From assembly GCA_964489445.1 (NCBI GenBank), contig CAZAYU010000006.1:53518-117517 (forward strand): a stretch of DNA of 64,000 bases. Direction: 5' to 3'. This document shows, piece by piece, positions 29,957-39,889 of the stretch. The notes beneath the pieces are model-generated. The model did no database searches. It had not been told where the DNA came from and saw only the letters and a program-made list of their open reading frames with translations. How positions within the stretch are numbered: the first letter of the stretch is position 1; each line of letters starts with the position of its first letter. Position numbers and translations under genes: made by a program. Source of the DNA: an uncultured Planctomycetia bacterium (lineage in GTDB: Bacteria > Omnitrophota > Gorgyraeia > Duberdicusellales > 4484-171).

Positions 29957-31647
29957 TGATGTCTCCGCTTCCACTCTTCGGCAAAATTAATATTTTCCGG
30001 CCGAACGAGCCTTGAGAATTCATAATATATAACAAACCCTTGGGCAGTTATTCTCTTTTTATGCCTGATATCATGCTCACTTAAATACTCATCCATTATA
30101 TCAATATGCCCAAACTTATGATTACCAGTAAATACATAAGCATACCTATTAGCTCTATCTACAGCCTGTTCATAATAATCATATCTCTCGCCAAAGTGGC
30201 AATCATCATATATTACATCCCCAGTACTTGAACAACTCCAAATGCCCCTGCACGATGCAATGATTTTCTCCTTGCTTTCAAAAACTAGCGGCCACTTAGC
30301 ATCATAATACGTATAGACGTAATGAATATCTTTTTCCAGTAACTCACTAATAAGCTGCCTTAGCCCCGACATCGACCAACGATCACCATTAATGTAGAAA
30401 TTTATATTTCCAAATAAACTAATTAAAATAATGCTTACAGCTAAAACAACTGAAATGATCTTACCTAGAAAATTAAACTCAAAGAGCTTTATTATAAACA
30501 AGGAAATAAAAATATAAAAAAAAGGATACAAAACCATTGCATAATGATCCCTCCACACATAATCACTACTATACTGGCTGAAAGAATAAAGAAGCGAATA
30601 GAACAGAGGAAAAACAAGTAACAACGATTCCGGATTAATTTTTTCGGGAATAACATTGTGCTTGGTTGAAGGTATGACTCCTTTTATGACATTCTTTAAA
30701 GATTCTCTATTCAACCAAATAAGAAAACAAACGGAAATAACCACCACGAAATAATATAAATAATTAATAAATGATGCGTTAAAGAAAGGAATTAATTCAA
30801 AGTTAAACGAATCAGGAATGCGATAAAAAAATAAATCCTTAATACGGATAAATCTCTCAGCAATATAAGAAGAAGTAAATAAGAACTTATCAACTTCCAG
30901 CCCCATCAACGGACTACTGTATCCACTGAAAATAGCATACAATAAAGGACTAATTCCAACAGTAAAAGATACAACAAAAATAAGAAACTGAACCCGCAAA
31001 AAAAATAACTTGTCAAAAAGATACCAATAAAACATGATAACCAAAACAAAAATAAATGCAGAAACATGATACGCAATAGCTAAGCCGGATAACACGCCTA
31101 AAATTATCCAATAGCCATACCTATCTAATGGTAGCGCCTTGCGCTTTGAATTAAAAAAAATGCTAAAAAAAACAAAAAATATTAAAATATCAAAAAACAA
31201 TATATCATGATGATTAGCCACACAGTATAAGCTATAGCGAAAATACGAAGGAATAGAAAAAATATACAGTAGACTAGTTAGTAGTGCAACCTTTCGACTA
31301 AAAAATTTATTTGTAAATGTAAATAAAATAACCAGTATTCCTATACTAAATATTAACGGAACCAGTCTCAAGGAAATTGTGGAAACACCAAACAATAAAA
31401 ATAGGGGAACCGCCATAAACGAGGACACCACGGAGCCCAACCCATAAAGATGAATATATGAAAGGTGTGCCTGCGTATTATTTCCTTCTAATATATGTTT
31501 TGCTAAAATCCCTCTTACTCCTTCCTCAGACATAACTACATTACAAGCAGAATATAAAACCAATAAACGTAATCCTACCAATGTTATTATCAACAAACTA
31601 ATAACAAAAAACTTATTCTTCAATATACCTAATTTCATTTTTACCAA
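29953..31647 (-). CDS. Polytopic membrane protein, probable GT-C fold glycosyltransferase (ArnT/PMT_2-like) with C-terminal soluble domain
   Basis: About 11 predicted TM segments. N-terminal loop motif SEEGVRGILAKHIL resembles the DE(x)R…IA…M loop of ArnT/PMT enzymes. The ATGA overlap with the upstream gene implies translational coupling. Confidence 0.45.
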   Translation of the reverse strand: MVKMKLGILKNKFFVISLLIITLVGLRLLVLYSACNVVMSEEGVRGILAKHILEGNNTQAHLSYIHLYGLGSVVSSFMAVPLFLLFGVSTISLRLVPLIFSIGILVILFTFTNKFFSRKVALLTSLLYIFSIPSYFRYSLYCVANHHDILFFDILIFFVFFSIFFNSKRKALPLDRYGYWIILGVLSGLAIAYHVSAFIFVLVIMFYWYLFDKLFFLRVQFLIFVVSFTVGISPLLYAIFSGYSSPLMGLEVDKFLFTSSYIAERFIRIKDLFFYRIPDSFNFELIPFFNASFINYLYYFVVVISVCFLIWLNRESLKNVIKGVIPSTKHNVIPEKINPESLLLVFPLFYSLLYSFSQYSSDYVWRDHYAMVLYPFFYIFISLFIIKLFEFNFLGKIISVVLAVSIILISLFGNINFYINGDRWSMSGLRQLISELLEKDIHYVYTYYDAKWPLVFESKEKIIASCRGIWSCSSTGDVIYDDCHFGERYDYYEQAVDRANRYAYVFTGNHKFGHIDIMDEYLSEHDIRHKKRITAQGFVIYYEFSRLVRPENINFAEEWKRRHQ

Positions 31648-31701
31648 GAGTAAATATAACTTTAGTGATCATCCAATATTTAATTAATACTAACACTCTT
31701 T

Positions 31702-33126
31702 TCAACTATTTTTTAAAAAACCACTTAATGCCTTGGCCCCTCGAAAAAATCGTTTAACATCAATTATACTTCTGATGGTCCTTAGATTTTGCCACCAGAT
31801 CTTTGGCGAAGAGTAATAATCCCAAAATGCTTTACGGTATAAATTTTGCATACGTTTCAAGCCAATTAGCGGATTAATAAAAACTGGATGCTCGTCTTTG
31901 AACATCGAATAGTCACTCCAATGAATATCTTCCGGTAATCCTCCAGATTCTTTACATAAGCGATATAACTCTGTCTCCGGATAAGGAAAAGGGAAATAGA
32001 ATAACGAAATCTGTGCTGCAAGTTTTTTTGCATAAAAGATAGTATTAGAAACCATGTCCTCGGTTTCACCAGGAATACACAAAATAAAATTATTAATCAC
32101 TAAGATTCCAGCTTCTTGAGTCCATTTAACCCCCTTAGTTTGTTGATTAACAGTAACCCCTTTTCTAAGAATATCCAAGGATTTCTGGTTACCAGACTCA
32201 ATTCCAAATACAATCTGCCGACAGCCAGCATTTCGCATTTGAGCAAGCAAAACAGGATCAACCTTGTCTGCACGCGTATTGCAAGACCATAACAAACCTA
32301 ACTTGGCTTGAATTATCTTGTCCATTAAGTCTAATGTATGGCCTCGGTTTATAGTAAATGTCGAGTCTTGAAAGTATACGCCTTGCGCTTTTTTTTGATA
32401 TTTTAGAATTTTTAATTCTTCAATAATCCGGCTGATACTATAGCGCCTTATCTTTTTCCCCAAAATTACTGGTGCGCAACAAAAAGCACAAGAATAAGGG
32501 CATCCTCGCTGCGTAATTAACGGATAATTAGGAAGAGCAACATACTGTGTAGGATGAGGAATATATTTTGAGATATCTAACTCTCCGTATACTCCACTCG
32601 GTAAAATATCAAGATTCTCAATAAACGGACGCATCGGATTGATAATTATTTGACTGCTATTTCGCCAAACCAAGCCTGGAACTTTTGAAAAATCTCCATT
32701 ATTCTCTATAGTGCCAACTAGATCAAGAAGAGTTACTTCTCCCTCATTTTGAACAATAAAATCACACTCTTTGCACTCCTTCATTGTTTCTTTGGGCATT
32801 ATTGATACATGTGCTCCACCAAATACAATCTTAGTTTTCGGAAAAATACTCTTATAAATTCTTGCCGCACGAAAAGAATACTCAGCTGTCGGCGTATAGA
32901 CAGGAATACCAATTAATGTATACTCTTCTTGAGGCATTTCCGCTAAAAACGCATCTTCACTGGTATCGTCAAATTGAAAATCTTTGAATGTAACGTCATA
33001 GCCCTTCTGTTCAAGGTATCGGCAAAGAGAGATTAATCCTATTGGCGGTAAAAACCCCTGTGCTTTGCGAAAATTACCCCAAACAATACTAGAAGGAAGA
33101 GAAGGCTGTAATAATAAGATCTTCAT
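31702..33126 (-). CDS. Cobalamin-binding (class B) radical SAM protein
   Basis: MKILLLQPSLP, …FGGAHVSIMPKE…, ITQRGCPYSCAFCCA. Confidence 0.75.
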   Translation of the reverse strand: MKILLLQPSLPSSIVWGNFRKAQGFLPPIGLISLCRYLEQKGYDVTFKDFQFDDTSEDAFLAEMPQEEYTLIGIPVYTPTAEYSFRAARIYKSIFPKTKIVFGGAHVSIMPKETMKECKECDFIVQNEGEVTLLDLVGTIENNGDFSKVPGLVWRNSSQIIINPMRPFIENLDILPSGVYGELDISKYIPHPTQYVALPNYPLITQRGCPYSCAFCCAPVILGKKIRRYSISRIIEELKILKYQKKAQGVYFQDSTFTINRGHTLDLMDKIIQAKLGLLWSCNTRADKVDPVLLAQMRNAGCRQIVFGIESGNQKSLDILRKGVTVNQQTKGVKWTQEAGILVINNFILCIPGETEDMVSNTIFYAKKLAAQISLFYFPFPYPETELYRLCKESGGLPEDIHWSDYSMFKDEHPVFINPLIGLKRMQNLYRKAFWDYYSSPKIWWQNLRTIRSIIDVKRFFRGAKALSGFLKNS

Positions 33127-35039
33127 CTTGAATCTTTTCCGATATTTTTTAAGGATTTTATCCAGTTTTCAAACACTACCAGCGGCCAAATTAATTGGCG
33201 ATGATTATTCTGCCCCGAAAAATGTTCGTTTAGAATCTTTTTCACATATTTATGGTCAAAAAATCCTTCTTTTTTGATTGCTTGTTCAGAAAGAGTATCC
33301 GATACAAATTCCTTAAAGTCACCTTTAATCCACTGGCCTAAAGGAATATCAAACCCCCTTTTGTTGTAAATGCGTGGAGTATTCGGCGGCCAATACTTTT
33401 TAATTGCCTTACGAAAAGTGTGCTTTAATCTCAGCCCCTTAATCTTTAATCCACTCGGAATAGAAGCAGAAAAATTAACAAGGTTGGGATTTAAATAAGG
33501 AAAACGGGATTCAACAGAATTCACAATACAAGCTCTTTCAGTCTTTCTCAAAGAACCATCGATCAAGTTAAATTTTAAATCTAAATAAAAAATTTTATCC
33601 AAATTACTTTTATAACCGGAGCAATCCACTAGATAGCTATTAACTGGGCGGAAAACATCATATCCATGCAATTTTTCCCTTAATCCTTCGTTTAGGAGTT
33701 TTTGTTTTTCAAGGTGATTATATGCCCCATACCAAATAAAATAGCCAATTGCTGGAGGATAATCAATGCCCCGTAAAAATTTTTTTGCCTTAAACTCTAA
33801 ACTCCGATAACTAGACGATATTCTCATCTTGTCAACCTTTAACTTAATAAATCTTTTAATAAATTCTGGAAATTTACGATAATGCTCGGCTAAAATATAC
33901 GCTTGATGAACCGGATAGCCACCAAATAATTCATCTCCACCATCACCAGAAAGACAAACATTTAACTTGCTGCCAATAAATTCAGCAAGTACACAGCTGG
34001 GTAAATATGAAGCATCAGCTAGTGGTTCATCTAAACTGTTTAAAATGTTAGTCAATTTGCTTTTTACTAATTGGCTAGTAACTAGAACCTTGTGGGCTTC
34101 TGTATTAAAGTAATTGCAAATTAAATCAATATCCTTTGATTCACTAAACGCAATATCGTCAAATATCGAAGAAAAAGTGCTAATCTTATCCTCATTAATC
34201 CCACTTCTTAAACAAACTAAAGAACCAGTATCTTTTCCGCCACTTAAAAAATTCCCCACCTTTCCAAAAGCGTTTATGTTGCCCTTGATTGAGCTAGTTA
34301 AACGCTTAATGATTTGCTCGCAAACCCATTCCTTGTTTTGAAAAAAATTTACATTAGGTGAAAAAGAGAAGTTCCAATACTGTGTGCTTTTAATCTTACC
34401 ATTTTCCCAATCTATTCTATAACCGGGCAAAACTTTATGTATCTTTTTTAAAATAGTTTTAGGGCCCGGCACGTATTCAAATGTAAGATATTCTGATAAA
34501 GCTTCGGTATCTATTTGCCAGTCTCGTAATCCGGGATACTCTAAAATCGGTTTTAATTCTGAACAAAAAATTAGATTTCTATTATGTGTCCCGTAATATA
34601 AAGGCTTTATCCCCATATGATCTCGAACCAAAAATAAACAACGCTTTTTTTTATCCCATAAAGCAAATGCAAAGATACCATCTAGTTTTCTTATGCCCTC
34701 TATGCCTTCGGTTTCATACAGATGAACTATCACCTCAACATCTAAGGAGCTCCGAAATTGATGATTACTCGTCTGAAGCTGTTTTCTTAATTCTCCAGCA
34801 TTATGAATAGCACCATCGCAAACCAACCGAATATTTTTGTCTTCATTACAAACAATGGTATCTGCCTGCTGAAAGCCTGTTGGCCCAAGATAACAATTGC
34901 CCAGTCCTAAATTATTTTCGACAAAAAAACCTGTACTATCTGGCCCTCGATAAACCATATCTTTGCACATGCGAATTAAAATACTCTTGTTTACTGGTTC
35001 ATTACTATTAAAATTTATGATCCCGCAAATGCCACTCAT
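33123..35039 (-). CDS. Asparagine synthetase (glutamine-hydrolysing)-like amidotransferase, AsnB family
   Basis: N-terminal class-II GATase (…ICGIINFN…LVRDHMGIKPLYYG) and synthetase-domain PP-loop LSGGKDTGSLV. Strong SD (GAGGG) before ATG. Confidence 0.8.
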   Translation of the reverse strand: MSGICGIINFNSNEPVNKSILIRMCKDMVYRGPDSTGFFVENNLGLGNCYLGPTGFQQADTIVCNEDKNIRLVCDGAIHNAGELRKQLQTSNHQFRSSLDVEVIVHLYETEGIEGIRKLDGIFAFALWDKKKRCLFLVRDHMGIKPLYYGTHNRNLIFCSELKPILEYPGLRDWQIDTEALSEYLTFEYVPGPKTILKKIHKVLPGYRIDWENGKIKSTQYWNFSFSPNVNFFQNKEWVCEQIIKRLTSSIKGNINAFGKVGNFLSGGKDTGSLVCLRSGINEDKISTFSSIFDDIAFSESKDIDLICNYFNTEAHKVLVTSQLVKSKLTNILNSLDEPLADASYLPSCVLAEFIGSKLNVCLSGDGGDELFGGYPVHQAYILAEHYRKFPEFIKRFIKLKVDKMRISSSYRSLEFKAKKFLRGIDYPPAIGYFIWYGAYNHLEKQKLLNEGLREKLHGYDVFRPVNSYLVDCSGYKSNLDKIFYLDLKFNLIDGSLRKTERACIVNSVESRFPYLNPNLVNFSASIPSGLKIKGLRLKHTFRKAIKKYWPPNTPRIYNKRGFDIPLGQWIKGDFKEFVSDTLSEQAIKKEGFFDHKYVKKILNEHFSGQNNHRQLIWPLVVFENWIKSLKNIGKDSR

Positions 35040-35048
35040 TTTCCCTCT

Positions 35049-35993
35049 CTAGCTATATTCTTTTTCAATCCTGTATATCTTTCTTTTACCCGTATGATGA
35101 TAAATACGCGCACTTATTTCCATGGAAAGTCCAATTGCAATTAATTGAAATCCCAACATAATCATCATCAGCGAAAAAATAAGATTTCCCAGATTTTCAT
35201 TTATTTGTAAATCAAAAAAATAATACCCAATTGCAACTAAACCAGCCACTAAAAACCCGATACTAAAAAACATCATACCTACAGCTCCAAAAAAATATAG
35301 AGGCCTAGTGATGTAGCTACACAGAAACTTAACAGTTACTAAATCTAAAATCACCCTGAGTGTTCGTGAAATTCCATAACTGCTTTTACCACTCTTTCTT
35401 GAAGCACTTTCTATGGCTACCTCCGCAACTTTGACCCCTTGCCAGCTAATTAACACTGGGATGAAACGATGTAACTCTCCAAATAATTCAAGATCATTTA
35501 AAACTTCTCTTTTACACACTCTTAAGGTGGTACCAAAATCATGTAAATTCACATTAAACATGAAACGGATTATTTTATTAGCAATTAACGACGGTAATCT
35601 CCTAAATAAAAAGTTATCCTTTCTTTTTCTTCGCCACCCGCTAACCATTCCATAACCTTCTTTTAGCTTTTCCAATAAACATGGTATATCTTTAGGATGA
35701 TGCTGCAAGTCTCCGTCCAACGTTGCAACAATCTTACCGCAAGAGTTATCAAACCCAGCGGCTAATGCTGCTGACTGTCCGAAATTTCTACTTAATTTAA
35801 TTACTTTTACTTTTTGATCAACAACGCAAATAGATTTAATTTGCTTGAAAGTATTGTCATTACTACCATCATCAACGAAAACAATCTCGTAACTAACTCC
35901 TTGCTTAACCAATGTCTCGCTTAATAGTGAATACAGAGTCGTAACATTATCTTGCTCATTGTAAACCGGAATTACCACTGAAATTTCGATCAT
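35049..35993 (-). CDS. Polyprenyl-phosphate glycosyltransferase, ArnC/GtrB-like GT2 with two C-terminal TM helices
   Basis: VVIPVYNEQDNV, VFVDDGSNDNT, LDGDLQHHP. The hydrophobic C-terminal pair is typical of GtrB/ArnC. Confidence 0.8.
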   Translation of the reverse strand: MIEISVVIPVYNEQDNVTTLYSLLSETLVKQGVSYEIVFVDDGSNDNTFKQIKSICVVDQKVKVIKLSRNFGQSAALAAGFDNSCGKIVATLDGDLQHHPKDIPCLLEKLKEGYGMVSGWRRKRKDNFLFRRLPSLIANKIIRFMFNVNLHDFGTTLRVCKREVLNDLELFGELHRFIPVLISWQGVKVAEVAIESASRKSGKSSYGISRTLRVILDLVTVKFLCSYITRPLYFFGAVGMMFFSIGFLVAGLVAIGYYFFDLQINENLGNLIFSLMMIMLGFQLIAIGLSMEISARIYHHTGKRKIYRIEKEYS

Positions 35994-36005
35994 ATTTTTT
36001 TTAAA

Positions 36006-36890
36006 TTAGAATTGAGAATAATTTATCAATCTCACTCCAGATGCTTTAATTATTTCTTTAGTTTTATAACTCATCAATAAACCTGTTTGATCCCAATGAT
36101 TAATAATGTTAAATTTTCTAAATTCGCGGCTACAATGCCTTAGCCCATCATGGATATACCCGGGATGACAAATTATTTCTGAGACACCTGATCTTATTTT
36201 ATGAATAACCCGCTGGAAAACCATTAGAAGCTGTTTTTTCCTCAAACGTGAAGAAACCAGATTAAAAAAATCAGGATATTTAATATTGTTTGCACTTAAA
36301 TAACCATAATTGGTTGATGACACAGAAGACAAAAATTTTTCACGGCAACTCAAAATTAATTCTTCTAAGCATTGCCCGTTCGCAAACAAATTTAAACCCT
36401 GCCGAAAGAACCTTATTCTATTAATGTCAAACTCAACAGCTAATTCAATAATAACCTTTAAAATAGAAGGAAAAATATGTAAATGTTTTTCTGTATCTAG
36501 ATGAGTAACACGGACATTTTGTTTTAACACTTTATTTATCTGCGCCCGAAATTCTTTTTTCACTTCCTTTAAATTAATATCTCCTAATAACAGCTTTACT
36601 ACATTTTGATGTACCCCTCTAAACAGCCCCTGATGATCAACCAAGCTTTTTACTTGGTCAATCGGCAAAATCGGCTGACCCCGTAAAATATTTAGATGAA
36701 CCCCAACTCCCAACCCAGAAACTTTCTCTAAGCATTCCATCGCATTCTTAAATGCTGATCCATTGGCCATAACAGAAGTGCTCGTGAGGACACCTTCCTT
36801 AAACAAATCAATCACTGACAAATTTATTCCTTCTGTTAAACCAAAATCATCAGCACTAATTATTAAATACTTTTTAATTTTCATTAACAT
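36006..36890 (-). CDS. YdjC/ChbG-family carbohydrate deacetylase
   Basis: N-terminal LIISADDFGLTEGINLSVIDLFKEGVLTSTSVMANG and VGVHLNIL, a hallmark of YdjC-like proteins. Confidence 0.75.
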   Translation of the reverse strand: MLMKIKKYLIISADDFGLTEGINLSVIDLFKEGVLTSTSVMANGSAFKNAMECLEKVSGLGVGVHLNILRGQPILPIDQVKSLVDHQGLFRGVHQNVVKLLLGDINLKEVKKEFRAQINKVLKQNVRVTHLDTEKHLHIFPSILKVIIELAVEFDINRIRFFRQGLNLFANGQCLEELILSCREKFLSSVSSTNYGYLSANNIKYPDFFNLVSSRLRKKQLLMVFQRVIHKIRSGVSEIICHPGYIHDGLRHCSREFRKFNIINHWDQTGLLMSYKTKEIIKASGVRLINYSQF

Positions 36891-36915
36891 TAATCAACAT
36901 CAAAAAATACATTTA

Positions 36916-38604
36916 TTAATTTTCTGACCTACTTGCTATAAAATCACCGATCACTAAATAATCCATCTCACTGTTTAAAAAAGTACCCACCGCATCATTA
37001 GGAGTGCAAACAATTGGTTCCCCCCGTAAGTTAAAAGATGTGTTCAACAAAATTGGAATACCGGTAAGCGTCTCAAATGCCTTGATTAACCGCCAAAATT
37101 TAGGATTTACCTGCTTAGAAACAGTCTGTACTCGTGCAGTTTTATCGACATGCATAACCCCCGGAATTAGTTCTCTCTTTTCAGCAATTACTTCTCCGGC
37201 CAACAACATAAACGGTGAATGCTGAGTGAGATTAAAATACTCACTCATTTTTTCTTCTAAAATTGCCGGCGCATACGGACGAAAAGATTCACGTTTCTTC
37301 ACTTTTTTATTTATTAGATCCTTAATCCCCGAAAACATCGGATTAGCCAAAATAGAACGATTTCCCAAGGCCCGAGGGCCGTATTCGCTTCTTCCCTGGA
37401 ACCAACCGACTATTTTATTATCTAAAATACGTTTAGCAACAAACTCTAATAGCTCATCTTCGTTAAATTCGGTAAATTTAAAATTTCTAGTTATTAAACA
37501 CCTTTTTATCTCTATCGGAGAAAACTCTGGACCAAGATAAGCAGAATCCATAATAAACTTTCGAGGACGTTTTAAGATTAGATTTTCAATACAACATGCC
37601 ACCCCTAATGCTCCTCCACTATCTCCGGCGGCCGGCTGAATATACACTTTACTAAACGGCGTATTCTCAATAATTTTATTATTAGCTACACAATTTAAAA
37701 ATACTCCTCCGGCTAAACAAAGATTATCCATTTTGGTATTTAAATAGAGACTATTTGCAATATTAATTAAAGTATCTTCTGTTACTTTTTGAAGACTTGC
37801 CGCTATATCACAATGACACTGCTTTATTCCTTCGTTAGCTTTTCTGTTTTTTCCAAAAAGATTTATAAACTGACGGCTATACATCCTTGCCCCTTTATTA
37901 AATCCAAAAAATTTTTGATTAATTCTAAAACTACCATCGGGCTTAGGCTGAATAATCTTATAGAACTTATCAAGATACCTTGGCTGACCGTAAGCAGCCA
38001 ACCCCATGACTTTTCCCTCTCCTTGATGCGCTAAAAACCCTAAATAACTTGTCACCGCAGTATAAAGTAAACCTAATGAATCAGGATAAGTAATTTCCTG
38101 AATAATTTTAATGTCATTTCCTCTGCCTATTCCACAAGTTGTAGTTGTCCACTCACCTACCCCATCCGCAGTTATTATCGCTGCTTCTTTAAACGGAGAA
38201 ACTAAGAATGCACTGGCCGCATGCGATAAATGATGTTTAACAAAAAATACTTTTTTATCAAACCCTAATTCTTTTTTCAATATTAATGGCAATACTAGCC
38301 TATCTTTAAGCCAATTTGGAATCCTTTCTAAGAAACTCCGCAGAGAGAATGGATAAGCTCGAATATGATCAATAATCACTCGTGAAAACTTTAAAAACGG
38401 TTTTTCGTAAAATCCAATATAATCTAAATCACCAAATGCTATTCCTCCGGCCTGAATACAATAGTTAATCGCATTAATCGGAAATACCTCTGAGTTTTTT
38501 ATCCGGTTAAATCTTTCTTCAGAGACAGCAGCAACCACTTTACCATCTTGTAACAAACAAGCAGCGGAGTCATGATAGTAGCAAGATATTCCCAATATAT
38601 TCAT
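36916..38604 (-). CDS. Carbamoyltransferase (NodU/CmcH/TobZ family)
   Basis: MNILGISCYYHDSAACLLQDGKVVAAVSEERFNRIK N-terminus, the signature of this family. About 560 aa, the typical length. Confidence 0.85.
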   Translation of the reverse strand: MNILGISCYYHDSAACLLQDGKVVAAVSEERFNRIKNSEVFPINAINYCIQAGGIAFGDLDYIGFYEKPFLKFSRVIIDHIRAYPFSLRSFLERIPNWLKDRLVLPLILKKELGFDKKVFFVKHHLSHAASAFLVSPFKEAAIITADGVGEWTTTTCGIGRGNDIKIIQEITYPDSLGLLYTAVTSYLGFLAHQGEGKVMGLAAYGQPRYLDKFYKIIQPKPDGSFRINQKFFGFNKGARMYSRQFINLFGKNRKANEGIKQCHCDIAASLQKVTEDTLINIANSLYLNTKMDNLCLAGGVFLNCVANNKIIENTPFSKVYIQPAAGDSGGALGVACCIENLILKRPRKFIMDSAYLGPEFSPIEIKRCLITRNFKFTEFNEDELLEFVAKRILDNKIVGWFQGRSEYGPRALGNRSILANPMFSGIKDLINKKVKKRESFRPYAPAILEEKMSEYFNLTQHSPFMLLAGEVIAEKRELIPGVMHVDKTARVQTVSKQVNPKFWRLIKAFETLTGIPILLNTSFNLRGEPIVCTPNDAVGTFLNSEMDYLVIGDFIASRSEN

Positions 38605-38613
38605 TATTGCCGA

Positions 38614-39636
38614 TTACCTTTTAGGAAAATTAGTGTTTAATTTTTTATAGATATCCTCAATGGCTTGATTATTAAAATTAATTTTCAAGCACTCTAAAGC
38701 TTCTTCACGCGTTAACATCCCCTCTCTTATCAATTTGCTCATTTCTACATGATAATGCGTATATCCATAATGTTTTAAAGACTGCTCTACTGATACAAAG
38801 TTTAACCGACAATTAGTTGAATTTTTTGGATAGCTACAAGAAGAAAGCTTCCATTTTAATTCCTTTTTTATTACGTCAGTATACACATCAGAACTAAATG
38901 GTAAAAACCAATGCGGCGATAAAATTATATACTTTTGCTTTTTCCGTGCTTTAGCCAAAACCTCTTCCATACTTCGCGGAAAATCTTTATACTTATCATT
39001 TTTAAAAACATAACTATTGATAAATTCTTTTGTAGCCTTAGCCATTGAATAAAACTCGGGTTGTTTTTGAATATAGTTAGAATGACCAGCACCCGACGAT
39101 TGTCCTTTTGTCCACCCGGCAATAACTAATGGTGTTTTGTACCGTAATGCAATATCCAAGGTAACCTGCATATACCAAATAGAGCAAACATGGCAAATAA
39201 CCGCTTTAGAATTAGTCTTAATAACCTCCGAAAACATATCCTTCATATAAACGCTTTTAAAGAACAACGAATCTACTCCTAATATTTCCACTGCATTCTC
39301 AATATTATTCAACGCGTCTTGATTTTCAAACCCATGATCAAAAGTAAATACTAACGGATTTAAACTATACCGCTTTTTTAAGTAATATAAAGCAGATATA
39401 CTATCTTTTCCACCGCTACACATCAAAAGACAATCATATTTTTGTTTACCTCTATATCGATTAACCGTCCTAATGAAATCTGTTTCTAGCAATTTTGTTT
39501 GTTTATTAGATTTGCTGTTTACTGCATACTCAACGCATATGTTACATACACCTTTGTCATTAAGCCATATGTCCGGTTTCCTTTCTGGCAGCACACACCT
39601 TATGCATTTCTTTTTTGAATAACTATTATCCATCAT
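38614..39636 (-). CDS. N-acetyl-sugar amidotransferase-like PP-loop ATP pyrophosphatase (LPS biosynthesis WbpG/PseA-like)
   Basis: N-terminal Cys4 zinc-ribbon (CIRC…CNIC) followed by PP-loop CSGGKDS. Confidence 0.6.
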   Translation of the reverse strand: MMDNSYSKKKCIRCVLPERKPDIWLNDKGVCNICVEYAVNSKSNKQTKLLETDFIRTVNRYRGKQKYDCLLMCSGGKDSISALYYLKKRYSLNPLVFTFDHGFENQDALNNIENAVEILGVDSLFFKSVYMKDMFSEVIKTNSKAVICHVCSIWYMQVTLDIALRYKTPLVIAGWTKGQSSGAGHSNYIQKQPEFYSMAKATKEFINSYVFKNDKYKDFPRSMEEVLAKARKKQKYIILSPHWFLPFSSDVYTDVIKKELKWKLSSCSYPKNSTNCRLNFVSVEQSLKHYGYTHYHVEMSKLIREGMLTREEALECLKINFNNQAIEDIYKKLNTNFPKR

Positions 39637-39718
39637 TTCAAATTTATACCTACCATATATATATTATTTTCTCTATAAATAAAAATGGTACCCTGGAATT
39701 AACTATTACAACAGACTC

Positions 39719-39880
39719 TTAAACTCCGGCGTAGATAAATGTTATCATCGCTGCAGGACCAATATAATACACTAAAAATGCTAAAAGAATAAGCACAATT
39801 AAAATTGGCGCTAAAAAATACATCTTATGCAGCCTAATCATATGAAACATCTCTTTAAGCATATATAAGATTTTTTTCAT
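39719..39880 (-). CDS. Small single-TM protein, DUF5989-like (SxtK-like)
   Basis: 53 aa, MKKILYMLKEMFHMIRLHKMYFLAPILIVLILLAFLVYYIGPAAMITFIYAGV. AGGAGG RBS 8 nt upstream of ATG. It is not in the ORF track because it is under 60 aa. The pattern (basic N-terminus, LPIL… helix, FIY C-terminus) matches DUF5989 proteins that accompany carbamoyltransferases. Confidence 0.5.
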   Translation of the reverse strand: MKKILYMLKEMFHMIRLHKMYFLAPILIVLILLAFLVYYIGPAAMITFIYAGV

Positions 39881-39889
39881 AGTATCCTC

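Noticed and set aside
31866-32069. 67-aa minus-strand ORF nested inside the B12-rSAM gene 31702..33126
   Set aside because: It overlaps the larger gene in another frame, and its basic low-complexity sequence has no independent support.
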